Below, in pieces: positions 49,015 through 58,586 of a stretch of 64,000 nt of DNA. A program made the position numbers and the translations under genes. This DNA comes from Nitrosopumilaceae archaeon. GTDB lineage: Archaea > Thermoproteota > Nitrososphaeria > Nitrososphaerales > Nitrosopumilaceae. The notes beneath the pieces are model-generated. The model had not been told where the DNA came from and did not search any database. It saw nothing but the letters and a program-made list of their open reading frames with translations. The stretch is taken from NCBI GenBank assembly GCA_965203465.1, contig CBDBCR010000003.1, forward strand, positions 64,001-128,000, written 5' to 3'. Within the stretch, counting starts at the first letter, position 1, and every line of letters begins with the position of its first letter.

Positions 49015-49088
49015 GCCAGGGTAGCTCAGCCCGGAAGAGCACTCGGCTGAAGACCGAGCTGTCGCGCGTTCAAATCCCGCCCCTGGCA
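49015..49088 (+). tRNA. tRNA-Phe (GAA)
   Basis: Acceptor GCCAGGG/CCCTGGC, anticodon arm CTCGG-CTGAAGA-CCGAG, T loop TTCAAAT. Confidence 0.95.
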
Positions 49089-49154
49089 CGCCACCCATGC
49101 GCGCCCGCGGGGGGCCTTCGCCATTTTTTTATACGGAGGCGGGCGGGGCGGGCC

Positions 49155-50099
49155 GTGTTCGAAAAGATAGAGCCGGCGTACCTGTCCGAGGGCGGCTGCA
49201 GGCTGGTCTGGAAGGGGGCAGACGAGGACGACAAGGACGTAGTGCTGCTCAACGCCGCCGAGCTTGCCTCGCTGGTCGAGATACTCTCAAAGAACGCGGT
49301 CGGCCAGGTGCGGCTCGAAGACCAGATAAGCGAGATAATCATAAATTCGGACGTAGTCCAGTTCTACCTCGGCGAGAGGAGCGCCCTGGAGGCGGACTTT
49401 GCCTCCTTTAGGGACAAGGTGCTAGAGTACGCCCGCGTGCCGCGCGCGCCCCCGCCGCTCAAGTCAAAGTCCAAGGAGTTCTACCCCTCGTCGCCGGGCC
49501 CGGGCGCGCCCCGGGGGGCAAAGCCGGGCGCCCCAAAGGCCTCGCTCCTCCAGGCGATACTGGGCGGCCCGGCCGAGACGGTCTCTGAATCCAACATATT
49601 CCGAGTGTTCTCCACGCGCAGGACCACCCGGCGCTTCCAGAAGCGCAAGGTCGAGGACTGGAAGGTGGACAAGATACTCGCCGCCGCCGATACGGCCCCC
49701 ACGGCGGGCAACTTTCAGGGCTTCGAGGTGTTTTACGTAAAGAGCCCCGCCCTCAAGGAGGCACTCGTCGAGGCCGCCAACAGGCAGCCGTACGTCGACG
49801 CGCCCGTCGTGCTGGTCTTTTGCACCAACCCGTCGCGCGTAAAGATGAAGTTCAGGGACGACGTACTGGCAAAGTTCTCCCTGCAGGACGCCACGCTGGC
49901 CGCCGCCTACTCTCAGCTGGCGGCCTCGGCGCTGGGCCTCAGCTCCATATGGATAGGCATGATAGACGAAGAAAAGGTGAAAAAAGCGGTCGGCACGGAC
50001 CTGAGGCCGTCGTCGATACTGTGCGTGGGGTATCCCCCGTTGAGGCGGCCCCCCAAGTCCAGGCGCAACCTCAAGGATCTGATACACGTGATAGAGTAG
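49155..50099 (+). CDS. Nitroreductase-family protein with N-terminal extension domain (314 aa)
   Basis: RRTTRRF, APTAGNFQ, QDATLAAAY...ALGLSSIWIG; TTTTTATA at ~49126. Confidence 0.88.
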   Translation: MFEKIEPAYLSEGGCRLVWKGADEDDKDVVLLNAAELASLVEILSKNAVGQVRLEDQISEIIINSDVVQFYLGERSALEADFASFRDKVLEYARVPRAPPPLKSKSKEFYPSSPGPGAPRGAKPGAPKASLLQAILGGPAETVSESNIFRVFSTRRTTRRFQKRKVEDWKVDKILAAADTAPTAGNFQGFEVFYVKSPALKEALVEAANRQPYVDAPVVLVFCTNPSRVKMKFRDDVLAKFSLQDATLAAAYSQLAASALGLSSIWIGMIDEEKVKKAVGTDLRPSSILCVGYPPLRRPPKSRRNLKDLIHVIE

Positions 50100-50102
50100 G
50101 GG

Positions 50103-50176
50103 CGCCGTCCACCAGACTTGAACTGGCGACCAACGGATTAACAGTCCGACGCTCTACCAGGCTGAGCTAGGACGGC
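50103..50176 (-). tRNA. tRNA-Asn (GTT)
   Basis: Reverse complement GCCGTCCTAGCTCAGCCTGGTAGAGCGTCGGACTGTTAATCCGTTGGTCGCCAGTTCAAGTCTGGTGGACGGCG. Confidence 0.95.
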
Positions 50177-50212
50177 ACCGCTTGCGCGGCGCGGCCCCAA
50201 GCGATTTATTCC

Positions 50213-50494
50213 TTACTGTCGGAAAACGCCGCGTATGCGCCCGGCGCGCGACTCCACCATCTTTACTATCTCGTCGTGCTCTTCGGGCGTGGGCTCGCGC
50301 CCGTACGAGGCCTGGACTCCGGTCAGCGCCGAGCCGACCAGGTGGCCCACCAGGAAACCGGTCATAAAGTCGGACTTTGAGGAGCACCCCCAGACTTCGG
50401 TTATGCGCCCCGACGGGGACGCCGAGCCGTACGCCGATATCGTCGCGTCTATGTTCTCCAGCGTCAGATCCCGGAACTTTGCGTCCAGCGCCAT
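50213..50494 (-). CDS. Conserved hypothetical protein coupled to rpl6
   Basis: TGATG overlap with the rpl6 stop; coding-like. Confidence 0.75.
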   Translation of the reverse strand: MALDAKFRDLTLENIDATISAYGSASPSGRITEVWGCSSKSDFMTGFLVGHLVGSALTGVQASYGREPTPEEHDEIVKMVESRAGRIRGVFRQ

Positions 50495-51039
50495 CAGGGC
50501 ATGCCGGCCTTTTTTTCGTACGCGTATATGCCGTCGAGGAACACCCTGTGGTCCTTGCCCTTTACGCGGGTTCCAAGCTCTATGTTGGCCGCCGTCTGCA
50601 TCACGTCGGTCTTTACGTGCCCGCTGACCACGACGTCCTCGCCCTTCGGCTCCACCTTCGTGCCGCCCACGATGCGCGCGGTGCGCGCCGAGCGCTCTCC
50701 CTGGAAGTTTTCTATGACGACCGTCTTTCCTTCCGCCTTTACCGTGATTGGAAAGTGCGCGAATACCACCTTCATGCGCACCGTGTACCCCGAGACTACG
50801 CCCTCGACCAGGTTGCGCACCAGCGAGCGCGAGGCGTTGAGTACGGCGTGATCGCGCTTGCGCGGGCCATTTGCGCGCAGCACCACGCGCCCGTCGGAGA
50901 CCTCGAGGGCCACCGGTATCTTGCGGAAGCTCTGGAAGGTCTTGCCCAGCGGGCCCGAGACGCCCAGCATGTGCCCCTTTAGGGTCACGCTCACCCCGTC
51001 GGGAACCGCGACTTCGGCGCCGAGCAGCTCTGCGGGCAT
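50494..51039 (-). CDS. rpl6: 50S ribosomal protein uL6
   Basis: VSGPLGK, AHFPITV, IENFQGER, KDHRVFLDGIY. Confidence 0.96.
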   Translation of the reverse strand: MPAELLGAEVAVPDGVSVTLKGHMLGVSGPLGKTFQSFRKIPVALEVSDGRVVLRANGPRKRDHAVLNASRSLVRNLVEGVVSGYTVRMKVVFAHFPITVKAEGKTVVIENFQGERSARTARIVGGTKVEPKGEDVVVSGHVKTDVMQTAANIELGTRVKGKDHRVFLDGIYAYEKKAGMP

Positions 51040-51041
51040 CG

Positions 51042-51473
51042 TCAGGCGCCTCCCTGCCCGGGCTCGTCGCGCCTGTCCGGTCCGTACACGTACCCTATCA
51101 GCAGGCCGCCTATGCCCCTGCCCGAGGCGTCGTGGTGCGACATGACGCCCTGGTTGGTCGTGACCAGCAGCATGCCCTGGTTGTACGCCGGAAGGTACTG
51201 CTGCTCCCACTTGTTGTAGCCGTCCTTGCCCACCTTGAAGCGCGGCGATATGGCGCCGCACTTTGTTATGCGGGCCGCCAGGCGTACCCGGAACTTGCCG
51301 CCACGCCCGTCCTCTATGCGCTCAAAGTCCCGGATGTAGTTGTGCTTTTTGAGCGTCTCGAGCACCTCGACGCCCAGATTCGAGGTGGGCAGTATGGTGC
51401 ACTCGTTGCGCCTGCGCGCCTCGTTGTTGTACAGCGTCACGAACAGGTTGGCTATGACGTTTGTGGCCGGCAT
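51042..51473 (-). CDS. rps8: 30S ribosomal protein uS8
   Basis: EDGRGGKF, CGAISPRF, TTNQGVMSH, GGLLIGYVY plus a short tail. Confidence 0.96.
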   Translation of the reverse strand: MPATNVIANLFVTLYNNEARRRNECTILPTSNLGVEVLETLKKHNYIRDFERIEDGRGGKFRVRLAARITKCGAISPRFKVGKDGYNKWEQQYLPAYNQGMLLVTTNQGVMSHHDASGRGIGGLLIGYVYGPDRRDEPGQGGA

Positions 51474-51477
51474 GGTA

Positions 51478-51654
51478 TCACCTGTGCTTCCTGAACCCCA
51501 GAGAGACTGCTACCTCCCTGAAGCACCTTCGGCAGAGCATGAGATTGTACTTTTGTATGACGGCGGTGTAGTCGCCGCACCTTTTGCACCAGCGCGAGCC
51601 GCGCCCAAAGGCGTGCTTTTTGCGGCCCGTGGCCTCGTATGAGCGGTCCTTCAC
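51478..51654 (-). CDS. rps14: 30S ribosomal protein uS14
   Basis: GRGSRWCKRCG...KYNLMLCRRCFRE; GTG overlaps the rpl5 stop. Confidence 0.96.
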   Translation of the reverse strand: MKDRSYEATGRKKHAFGRGSRWCKRCGDYTAVIQKYNLMLCRRCFREVAVSLGFRKHR

Positions 51655-52157
51655 GCCACGGCCACCCCGAATTCCGAGCTTACGTACCGGCGCGCCTCGT
51701 CGGCCGTGATGGCGTGCCCGCGCCCCACGCTGGCCTTGTGCCTGCTGCGCTTGCGTATGCAGTAGCCGGGCCTTGCCAGCGCGACAGCGACGTCCAGGCC
51801 CATGATGCCTATCTGAGGGTCGTACTTTACGCCCGGTATGTCGATGTGCTCGCGTATGCCGAACGAAAAGTTGCCGAACCCGTCGAAGGCGCGCCCGCTC
51901 AGCGAGTTGCCCTTGGCCTCTACGAGGCGCTTGAGCAGGGCGCCGGCGTCCGATCCGCGCACCGTCACGGCCACCCCGATAGGCTCGCCCTTGCGCACCC
52001 CCCAGTCGCGCAGCGTGGAGCGGGCCTCGCGGGCGTTGGGCTTGTGCCCCGAGATCTGCTCCAGGCACTTTTTCGCCGTCTCGATGACCGGGCCCGACTT
52101 GCCCAGGCCCATGTTCAGCACTACCTTGTCGAGGTATATGCGGCGCATGTCGGCCAC
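51651..52157 (-). CDS. rpl5: 50S ribosomal protein uL5
   Basis: KVVLNMGLGKSG, GNFSFGIREHIDIPGVKYDPQIGIMG. Confidence 0.96.
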   Translation of the reverse strand: MADMRRIYLDKVVLNMGLGKSGPVIETAKKCLEQISGHKPNAREARSTLRDWGVRKGEPIGVAVTVRGSDAGALLKRLVEAKGNSLSGRAFDGFGNFSFGIREHIDIPGVKYDPQIGIMGLDVAVALARPGYCIRKRSRHKASVGRGHAITADEARRYVSSEFGVAVA

Positions 52158-52874
52158 TCATGCCACCTCCAGCGCCGGCGAGCCCGAGCCGACCGCCATC
52201 AGGTTTGCCGTCTGTATCTCTATTTCGCGCCCGTCCAGCGAGACCAGCGCCCTCTTGGGCAGGCTGAAGGTCCCGTCGATCAGCGCCTTTACCTTTCCGG
52301 TCGAGCCGGCGTTGGCGCCGCCGGTGACCAGCACCGCGACCCCCTCCTTCATCTGTATGACATCCAGTATCTCCTGGGACGGCACGCGCATGACGCACGT
52401 GTCCCCCACGCCGGCCTTTGTGTCGGTGATCGAGGTGCGCCCGTCGTGGAAGCCCAGCTGCGTGCGGCCTCCCTTTATGCTGCACTTTGAGGTGACCTTG
52501 CAGAGCTTGCGGTCGGCCTCCGATTCTGGTATGGGGCGCGGGTGCAGCAGCGCGCCTTTTTTGGGGACCAGCCTGTACGCGCTCTGGACGCCCTCCAGAG
52601 AGACGACGTCCATCAGTCCGGCGCCGTGGTGGAGCGACTTGCGGACAGCGCCGTCCACGCGCACCCGCCCCGAATAGATGGCCCACTTTGCCTCCCTGAG
52701 GGTCTTTACTATGCCGAGCGTGTCGCGCAGTAGCACCGCCGACGGTATGCAGCGCCTCTTCGGGTGGGGGCCGGGCCTGGACGTGACGACGAAGCGCTTG
52801 TCCTTGCGGGATATGCCCCAGTACGTGGGGGCCATCTGCCGCTTTAGTTTTTTGCTTCCAGATATGCTGACCAT
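52158..52874 (-). CDS. rps4e: 30S ribosomal protein eS4
   Basis: KLKRQMAPTYW, PGPH, GLMDVV, QLGFHDGR, TGGANAG. Confidence 0.96.
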   Translation of the reverse strand: MVSISGSKKLKRQMAPTYWGISRKDKRFVVTSRPGPHPKRRCIPSAVLLRDTLGIVKTLREAKWAIYSGRVRVDGAVRKSLHHGAGLMDVVSLEGVQSAYRLVPKKGALLHPRPIPESEADRKLCKVTSKCSIKGGRTQLGFHDGRTSITDTKAGVGDTCVMRVPSQEILDVIQMKEGVAVLVTGGANAGSTGKVKALIDGTFSLPKRALVSLDGREIEIQTANLMAVGSGSPALEVA

Positions 52875-52876
52875 TC

Positions 52877-53683
52877 CTATTTCTCCTGTGCTTCCCCGGA
52901 CTCTGCGCGCTGGGATTTTTCCTGTCCGTCCTTGGCAAGATCGTCCTTGGCAAGATCGTCCTTGGCAAGATCGTCCTTGGCAAGATCGTCCTTGGCAAGA
53001 TCGTCCTTGGCAAGATCGTCCTTGGCAAGATCGTCCTTGGCAAGATCGTCCTTGGCAAGATCGTCCTTGGCAAGATCGTCCTTGGCAAGATCGTCCTTGG
53101 CAAGATCGTCCTTGGCAAGATCGTCCTTGGCAAGATCGTCCTTGGCAAGATCGTCCTTGGCAAGATCGCCTTCTTTCTCAGTTGTATTGGCATTAGCTCC
53201 CGTAGGCTCGTCCTTGTCGATGTCGTCCTTGTCGAGATCAACAGAGTCCGCCTCGGGCCATTTTGCGTGCCTTTCGGGATCTCTTTCCACCACGCGCTGC
53301 TCGGTGCGCGGCCTTGCCGGCTCTGGCTTTGGAAGCGCCTTTTCGATGCCGGTGATCCGCTTCATCCTCTTTTTGTCGCCGCCGTTGATTCCGGTGACCC
53401 TCACGTTGGACGCGTGGATCTTTATGTCGAAGCGGTCGCCGCGCTGCTTTTCGCCCTTTTCCCCTTCCAGCGTGACCGTGCCGGATCGCACGTCCACGCC
53501 GGAGACCTTTGCGTCCACGTTCCTGTGGGCCCCGCGCGAGACCCGCACGGTGTCCCCCTCCACCACGCGCACGGACCGGAGGCCGTATTTTGCGCGCAGC
53601 TCTTTGGACAGCGGGCTGCACACCTGCCTGCTCTGCGCGGCCTGGTGGGCCTCCTGCAGGTTGCGCATCCTCGTCGGCCTCAT
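52877..53683 (-). CDS. rpl24: 50S ribosomal protein uL24 with long acidic repetitive C-terminal extension
   Basis: LSKELRAKYGLRSVRVVEGDTVRV.RG, IHASNV; tail carries (DLAKD)x16. Confidence 0.95.
   Translation of the reverse strand: MRPTRMRNLQEAHQAAQSRQVCSPLSKELRAKYGLRSVRVVEGDTVRVSRGAHRNVDAKVSGVDVRSGTVTLEGEKGEKQRGDRFDIKIHASNVRVTGINGGDKKRMKRITGIEKALPKPEPARPRTEQRVVERDPERHAKWPEADSVDLDKDDIDKDEPTGANANTTEKEGDLAKDDLAKDDLAKDDLAKDDLAKDDLAKDDLAKDDLAKDDLAKDDLAKDDLAKDDLAKDDLAKDDLAKDDLAKDDLAKDGQEKSQRAESGEAQEK
52927..53166. repeat. Perfect 15-bp tandem repeat x16 (cgtccttggcaagat)
   Basis: Counted directly; no spacers and no substitutions; in frame within rpl24. Confidence 0.97.
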
Positions 53684-53684
53684 G

Positions 53685-54119
53685 TCATACCACCATCGAG
53701 GCCAGGTTCGCCACCCTGGGCCACTTTTCCGAGGCCTCGGCCGCCACGGGCCCCTTTATGTCGGTGCCCTTTGCCTCGCCTTCCGGCGTCATCAGGACCG
53801 CGGCGTTGTCCTCGAACGAGAGGCGCACGCCGTTGAGCCTCCTTATCGGGTACTTTTGCCTGATCACCACGGCCCCGAACACCTGCTTGCGCAGCTCGGC
53901 GGGCCCCTTTTTGACCACCACCTTGACAAAGTCGCCCACCGACGCGGCGGGCAGGCGCGAGACGCGCGTCTTGTGCCCGGGCACCATGACAATCTCGACT
54001 ATCTTCGCGCCCGAATTGTCGGCGCACGCTATCTCGGCCCCTATGGGCAGCGCCTTTGTCACGTACGGGCGGAACTCTGATACCCCCTTGGCCTTGCCCC
54101 GGCTCCTGCCCTGCGACAC
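53685..54119 (-). CDS. rpl14: 50S ribosomal protein uL14
   Basis: CADNSGAK, KKGPAELRKQV, FEDNAAV, IKGPVAAE. Confidence 0.96.
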   Translation of the reverse strand: MSQGRSRGKAKGVSEFRPYVTKALPIGAEIACADNSGAKIVEIVMVPGHKTRVSRLPAASVGDFVKVVVKKGPAELRKQVFGAVVIRQKYPIRRLNGVRLSFEDNAAVLMTPEGEAKGTDIKGPVAAEASEKWPRVANLASMVV

Positions 54120-54442
54120 TAGCTGCGCACCTCCACTACCACGAACGAGACCGACTTTGAGATGGGCCGGCACTCGACGGCCTTTACGGAGTCGCCCGGC
54201 TCGACGGACATGCACCCCGGCAGGTGCGCGTGTATCGTGCTCTTTGAGCGCGCGTAGCGCTTGAACTTTGGCATGTACAGGGGCGCCTCTTTTTGCAGCG
54301 TGACGGTCTTGCGCGCCTTCGTGTTGGTGGCCCTGCCGTCAAAGACGCGGCCTCGCGTGGGCAGGCCCGCGTGGAACGGGCAGTGCTTGTCGTCGCACTC
54401 TTGGTCGGGCACCGAGACCGCAAGCCCGGTCTTGCGGGTCAT
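54119..54442 (-). CDS. rps17: 30S ribosomal protein uS17
   Basis: CDDKHCPFH, PKFKRYAR, ECRPISKSVSF. Confidence 0.96.
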   Translation of the reverse strand: MTRKTGLAVSVPDQECDDKHCPFHAGLPTRGRVFDGRATNTKARKTVTLQKEAPLYMPKFKRYARSKSTIHAHLPGCMSVEPGDSVKAVECRPISKSVSFVVVEVRS

Positions 54443-54657
54443 TGCCTGCGCTCCGGCCTGCCGAGCAGGCGGCCCTCCACTTCGAGCCCGTCTATGAGGA
54501 ACGTGCACGCGTCCTTTGGCAGCACGGACGGCACCGGGCCCCCCGCGTCCACCGAGACGGTGCGGGCGGTCTCGGCCACCGCCGTGCCCGAGACGCGCTC
54601 AAACAGGGGGTGCGCAGAGGCCGAGACCGACACGCGCGCGCCCAATACCTCGGTCAT
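54439..54657 (-). CDS. rnp1: Ribonuclease P protein component 1 (Rpp29/POP4)
   Basis: EVLGARVSV, GTAVAETART, PKDACTF, GRLLGRPERR; canonical position between rpl29 and rps17. Confidence 0.85.
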   Translation of the reverse strand: MTEVLGARVSVSASAHPLFERVSGTAVAETARTVSVDAGGPVPSVLPKDACTFLIDGLEVEGRLLGRPERRQ

Positions 54658-54854
54658 TTCTCCATCTCCGTCATCCTAGTCAGCATCCGCGCGATGTCTC
54701 TTTTAATAGCCTTTATCTTGCCGTTCTCCTTGCGCAGGGTGCCCTTCGAGGCGTCGGTGCGCAGCCTGGCAAGCTCGCCGCGCGCTTCGGTTATCTTTTT
54801 CTGCAGGTCCTGCCGGTTCATGGCCCTCAGCGCCGAGGTCTTTACGCGGCTCAT
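54654..54854 (-). CDS. rpl29: 50S ribosomal protein uL29
   Basis: LRAMNRQDL...[17 protein letters not shown]. Confidence 0.94.
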   Translation of the reverse strand: MSRVKTSALRAMNRQDLQKKITEARGELARLRTDASKGTLRKENGKIKAIKRDIARMLTRMTEMEK

Positions 54855-55636
54855 TGCGGAACCTCCGGCTTGGCCTCGGCCTGTCCGGGTTCGGGCTCCG
54901 GTTCGGCACCCTTTGGCTCGGCTTTGGGATCTTTGGGTTGCTCGGCTTTGGGCTCCGCGTCGGCTTTCTCGGGTTCGGGCCCCGCCTCTGGCTCGGCTTT
55001 TGCTTCCTCGGCTTTCTCCGCCCCGGCTTCCGGCTTTTTGGCCTTGCCGTCGCCCTTGTGCTCGAACTCGGCCGGCACGGCGTTCTTTTTGGCTATGCGC
55101 ACGCGCACCCCGATGAGGCCCATCGGCGTCTTTACGTGTGCGATGTCCTCCGAGACTATCATGGCCGCGCTGTGGCCGGCGCGTGGGAGTATCCCCTGCG
55201 TGTGCTTTTCGAACGCCGAGCGGTCCCCGCGCAGCTTGCCAGAGACTGTTATCTGCACCCCCATGGCGCCGCCCTCCATTATCTGGCGCAGCGTCCACAT
55301 GGTGGCCCTGCGGAACGATATGCCCCTCGATATGTGGGTGGCTATCCTGTTGCACATGACGTTGGGCGAGAGCTCGGGCTTTTCGAGCTCCGAGACGGTT
55401 ATCTGCGGATCCTTGAGCCCGAACCTTTCGGCGAGCACGTCGGTGATCTCTTTGATCCCGACGCCCTTGCGCCCGATGACGATGCCGGGGCGCGTGACGT
55501 GCAGCGTCACGCGCGTGCCGGTCGGCCGCTTTGCCATCTCGAAGCCGCCGAATCCCGCGTCCTTGATGTGCTCGCGCAGGTATTCCTTGATGAGCATCAC
55601 GTTGTAGTTGGAGGTGATGACGTCGCGCGTGGGCAA
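54851..55636 (-). CDS. rps3: 30S ribosomal protein uS3 with Pro/Glu/Lys-rich tail
   Basis: [40 protein letters not shown]; TTG start inferred. Confidence 0.95.
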   Translation of the reverse strand: MPTRDVITSNYNVMLIKEYLREHIKDAGFGGFEMAKRPTGTRVTLHVTRPGIVIGRKGVGIKEITDVLAERFGLKDPQITVSELEKPELSPNVMCNRIATHISRGISFRRATMWTLRQIMEGGAMGVQITVSGKLRGDRSAFEKHTQGILPRAGHSAAMIVSEDIAHVKTPMGLIGVRVRIAKKNAVPAEFEHKGDGKAKKPEAGAEKAEEAKAEPEAGPEPEKADAEPKAEQPKDPKAEPKGAEPEPEPGQAEAKPEVPQ

Positions 55637-55638
55637 TC

Positions 55639-56097
55639 TCAGACCTCCACCGCCACCATCTCGGCGTGCGTCCTGGTGTTGTTGTTTGCAGACGAGCGCC
55701 CCTGCGCGCGCGGTATGAAGCGCTTTATGATCGTCCCCTTGTGCGTGGTCACGTTGATTATGCGCAGCCGCTCCACGTCCATGCCCTTGAACTCGGCGTT
55801 GGCCTCGAGGTTGTCGAGCAGCCACAGGAACCGCTTCGCCGCCTTTTGCGGGTAGCGCCCCGCCATGACGCCCGGATCCGAGCGGTGGCCCACCTGCCTG
55901 TTGAACCTGCGCATGGGCACGGCGCTCTCGAGGTTGGCCACGCGGTTGAGAAAGTCCCGCGCCCGCTCCACGGGCATGCCCTTGATGGCCCGCCCTATCT
56001 CGCGCGCGTGCTTGTGCGAAAAGTCCTTTTCGCGCACCGAGGCGCGCACGTGCCGGGCCGCGTCGTAGCCCTGGAAAGCGTAGGAGAACCGCGGCAT
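55639..56097 (-). CDS. rpl22: 50S ribosomal protein uL22
   Basis: [28 protein letters not shown]. Confidence 0.96.
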   Translation of the reverse strand: MPRFSYAFQGYDAARHVRASVREKDFSHKHAREIGRAIKGMPVERARDFLNRVANLESAVPMRRFNRQVGHRSDPGVMAGRYPQKAAKRFLWLLDNLEANAEFKGMDVERLRIINVTTHKGTIIKRFIPRAQGRSSANNNTRTHAEMVAVEV

Positions 56098-56103
56098 GCC
56101 GGA

Positions 56104-56499
56104 TCACTTTAGCGGCACGTACAGGCTGGAGCGCGAGGCTCCCACGCCCGGCGAGCCGTGCTGGACCCGCTTGTTTGTAATGACGTATTCGCCGAGGTAG
56201 TGGCCTATCATCTCCTCGCGCAGCTGCACCGGGACGAACTCCTTTCCCGAAAAGACGTTTACCGTCGAGCCGACCATGTAGGGGAGTATCACCAGATCCC
56301 GCAGGTGCGTCTTTATCGGGCCCTCGAGCTTGCCCGCCTTTGCCGCCTTTATCTCGCCGGAGAGCTTGCGCTTGCCGTCGCTTATCCCCCGGTTCAGGGA
56401 GCGGCGCTGGCGCGAGTTGAGAAGGGGCAGGAGCTTGTCCTTGGGGAGCGCCTCGAGCTCGGCGTGCTGCATGCCCCTGTACAAAAACTCCTTCACCAT
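56104..56499 (-). CDS. rps19: 30S ribosomal protein uS19
   Basis: [39 protein letters not shown]. Confidence 0.96.
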   Translation of the reverse strand: MVKEFLYRGMQHAELEALPKDKLLPLLNSRQRRSLNRGISDGKRKLSGEIKAAKAGKLEGPIKTHLRDLVILPYMVGSTVNVFSGKEFVPVQLREEMIGHYLGEYVITNKRVQHGSPGVGASRSSLYVPLK

Positions 56500-56538
56500 T
56501 CTGACGCACCTGTTTGGGCGGAGCACCGGGCGGCCATA

Positions 56539-56802
56539 TTAGAGCATTCCTATGTTGGAGGCGAGATCGCGGGCCTTTTCGACGCTTTCCAGCATCACGA
56601 ACGCCTTTTTGCCGTATATCGTGCGGGCCGTGTTGACCTTGGCCACCTTGGTCTTGTAGAGCGCCTCGACGGCCTCGGCTATCTCCGGCTTTTTGGCCGA
56701 GCGCTCGACCACGAAGCAGACGCGGGCCCCGTCTACCAGCTCGAAGGTCTTTTCGGTTATCAGCGGCTTCAGTACCACCTTGGCGGCGGCCTCGGGGGTC
56801 AT
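56539..56802 (-). CDS. rpl23: 50S ribosomal protein uL23
   Basis: PLITEK, KVAKVNT, GKKAFV. Confidence 0.95.
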   Translation of the reverse strand: MTPEAAAKVVLKPLITEKTFELVDGARVCFVVERSAKKPEIAEAVEALYKTKVAKVNTARTIYGKKAFVMLESVEKARDLASNIGML

Positions 56803-57575
56803 GCCGCGGCCCCCAGGCCGCGCACGGCCGATTCAGAGTACACCACCAGCCGCGCGGGCTCGCCGCCCGGCGCCAGGTCGAGCACGCTCAGGCGCGAGGC
56901 CTCGCGCGCCTCCACGCCCGGGATCGCGCCGCAGGCCCTCTGCAGATCAGACTTTGCGGAAACGACGAACAGCACGCTCCTGCCGCGCTTGTGCGCCCTG
57001 CCGCGCAGCGCCGCCTTGCCGGTGCGAGCCTTGCGGCCCGAGAGGCGCGCCGCGTCGGCCCCGAGGCCCAGCGACGAGATGGCGCCGGCCAGGACCGACG
57101 CCTTTTGGATCTTTTCGACCTCGTCCGATACTACCAGCGGGAGCTTTGCGTCCCCGGGCTCGTGGCCCCTGCGCCTCACCGCCTCTTCCGAGGCCGTCGC
57201 GGCGATGGCCGAGCGGAGCGCCAGCCTGCGCTCCTTGCGGTTGATCTCCTTGCGCGTGACCTTTTCGACCTTTGGCGGGTGCGCCTGCCTGCCGCCGCGC
57301 ACCGATGCCACGCCGCCGGCCTGGCCCATGCGGCCGCCGCCCCCGCCCCGCATCTTTGCTATGCGCGAGACGCCCCTCCCGGTGGGCGGATCGTTGGAGC
57401 GGGCCACCACGTCCATGCCGGCCGTCGGGTGCGTCCCCTTGGGCTGGAACCGGTGCGATTCCAGGCACGTGTGGACGCGCCTTATCAGGTCGGGCCGGAA
57501 CTGCGTCTCGAAGACGGGCGGCAGGTCTATCTCGGATCTCTTGGAGCCGTCGATGCCCAGCACGTCGGCCTTCAC
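56799..57575 (-). CDS. rpl4: 50S ribosomal protein uL4
   Basis: [33 protein letters not shown]. Confidence 0.96.
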   Translation of the reverse strand: MKADVLGIDGSKRSEIDLPPVFETQFRPDLIRRVHTCLESHRFQPKGTHPTAGMDVVARSNDPPTGRGVSRIAKMRGGGGGRMGQAGGVASVRGGRQAHPPKVEKVTRKEINRKERRLALRSAIAATASEEAVRRRGHEPGDAKLPLVVSDEVEKIQKASVLAGAISSLGLGADAARLSGRKARTGKAALRGRAHKRGRSVLFVVSAKSDLQRACGAIPGVEAREASRLSVLDLAPGGEPARLVVYSESAVRGLGAAA

Positions 57576-58555
57576 GCGACCACCTCCAGTATGTTGGGCT
57601 TTGCCGGCTTTGCCGGGGCGTTGCGCGCCTGCATGCGCATCTTTACCAGCCGCCTGTTGGCGCCCGGCACCGATCCCTTCAGTATCACGTAGTCGCCCCC
57701 GACCTCGCCAAAGTGCTTGTAGCCGCCCGGCGGCGTTATCCGGTCGTCGCTGCCCACGCCCACCTTCATTATCCTCTTGTTGTATTCTATGCGCTGGTGG
57801 AATCCCGTCTGCCCCGCCCTGGGCACCGTGTACATGATGTACTGCGGCGATATGGGCCCCAGCGAGCCCAGCTCGCGCACGGTCTTGCGCGACTTGTGCT
57901 GCTTGCGCTTGGCGCCGTACCTGCGGATGACGCCCTGCCAGCCCTTGCCCTTGGTTATGGCCGCCACGTCCACGCCGGCGCCCGCCTCGAAGACGTCGCC
58001 GAACCGGACCTCGCGGCCCAGCAGGTCCTTTGCGTGATCAAAGCACTCCTTTACGGTGCCGCCCGAGACGGGCATCTCGAAGATGTACGGCTTTTTCTGA
58101 TCGAGGCCGGCGGCGCTGGGCGAGACGGCCAGCACGGCGAACACGGAGCGCACGCGGCCCAGCATCTTTTCTGCGTCCTCCACGGAGACCCCTTTCGGAG
58201 ATACGCGCTTTGATATGTGGCGCGGCAGCTCCGTTGCGAACGCGTCGAACTCCGCGTGCATTCCGTGCGTGTCCTTTGAGTAGCCGCGCATGCCCAGCAC
58301 CGTGACCGGCGGCGTCGCGATGACGGTCCCCAGGCTCACCAGCTGCTTGCCGTGGTTTGGCGCGTGCTCGCGGTCGTCTATCGTGACCAGCTGCACGCAC
58401 CCCGCCTTGAAGCCGCAGTGTCCGGCCAGCCGCGGGCCGCCCTCGACATGCGGCCACCCGCGCATGCGCATGCGCGCCTCCATGCTCTTTGCCCTGCCGC
58501 GCGGCAGGTACGCCAGGCTGCCCCTGCGGGGCTGGCTGTGCTTGCGGTGGCCCAT
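57572..58555 (-). CDS. rpl3: 50S ribosomal protein uL3
   Basis: PRRGSLAY, GFKAG, TKGKGWQG, PRAGQTGFHQR, KGSVPG. Confidence 0.97.
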   Translation of the reverse strand: MGHRKHSQPRRGSLAYLPRGRAKSMEARMRMRGWPHVEGGPRLAGHCGFKAGCVQLVTIDDREHAPNHGKQLVSLGTVIATPPVTVLGMRGYSKDTHGMHAEFDAFATELPRHISKRVSPKGVSVEDAEKMLGRVRSVFAVLAVSPSAAGLDQKKPYIFEMPVSGGTVKECFDHAKDLLGREVRFGDVFEAGAGVDVAAITKGKGWQGVIRRYGAKRKQHKSRKTVRELGSLGPISPQYIMYTVPRAGQTGFHQRIEYNKRIMKVGVGSDDRITPPGGYKHFGEVGGDYVILKGSVPGANRRLVKMRMQARNAPAKPAKPNILEVVA

Positions 58556-58579
58556 TGCGGCGCGCCTCCGCCGGCCCCA

Positions 58580-58586
58580 TTATAAG
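58580..58586 (-). promoter_or_regulatory. TATA box of the ribosomal protein operon
   Basis: CTTATAA about 25 nt upstream of the rpl3 ATG. Confidence 0.75.

Noticed and set aside
52927-53166. CRISPR array
   Set aside because: Contiguous 15-bp units without spacers, inside a coding region, and no cas genes
51478-53241. 587-aa ORF with (PRTIL)n
   Set aside because: Alternative frame over rpl24/rps4e/rpl5; only its last 58 codons (rps14) are real
56500-56538. Absence of rpl2 between rpl23 and rps19, and the operon ending at rpl6
   Set aside because: As I recall, this is the normal arrangement in Nitrosopumilus-like genomes, so it is not novel
58455-58480. MRMR micro-duplication in uL3 (cgcatg x2)
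   Set aside because: A 6-bp slip of little evident consequence
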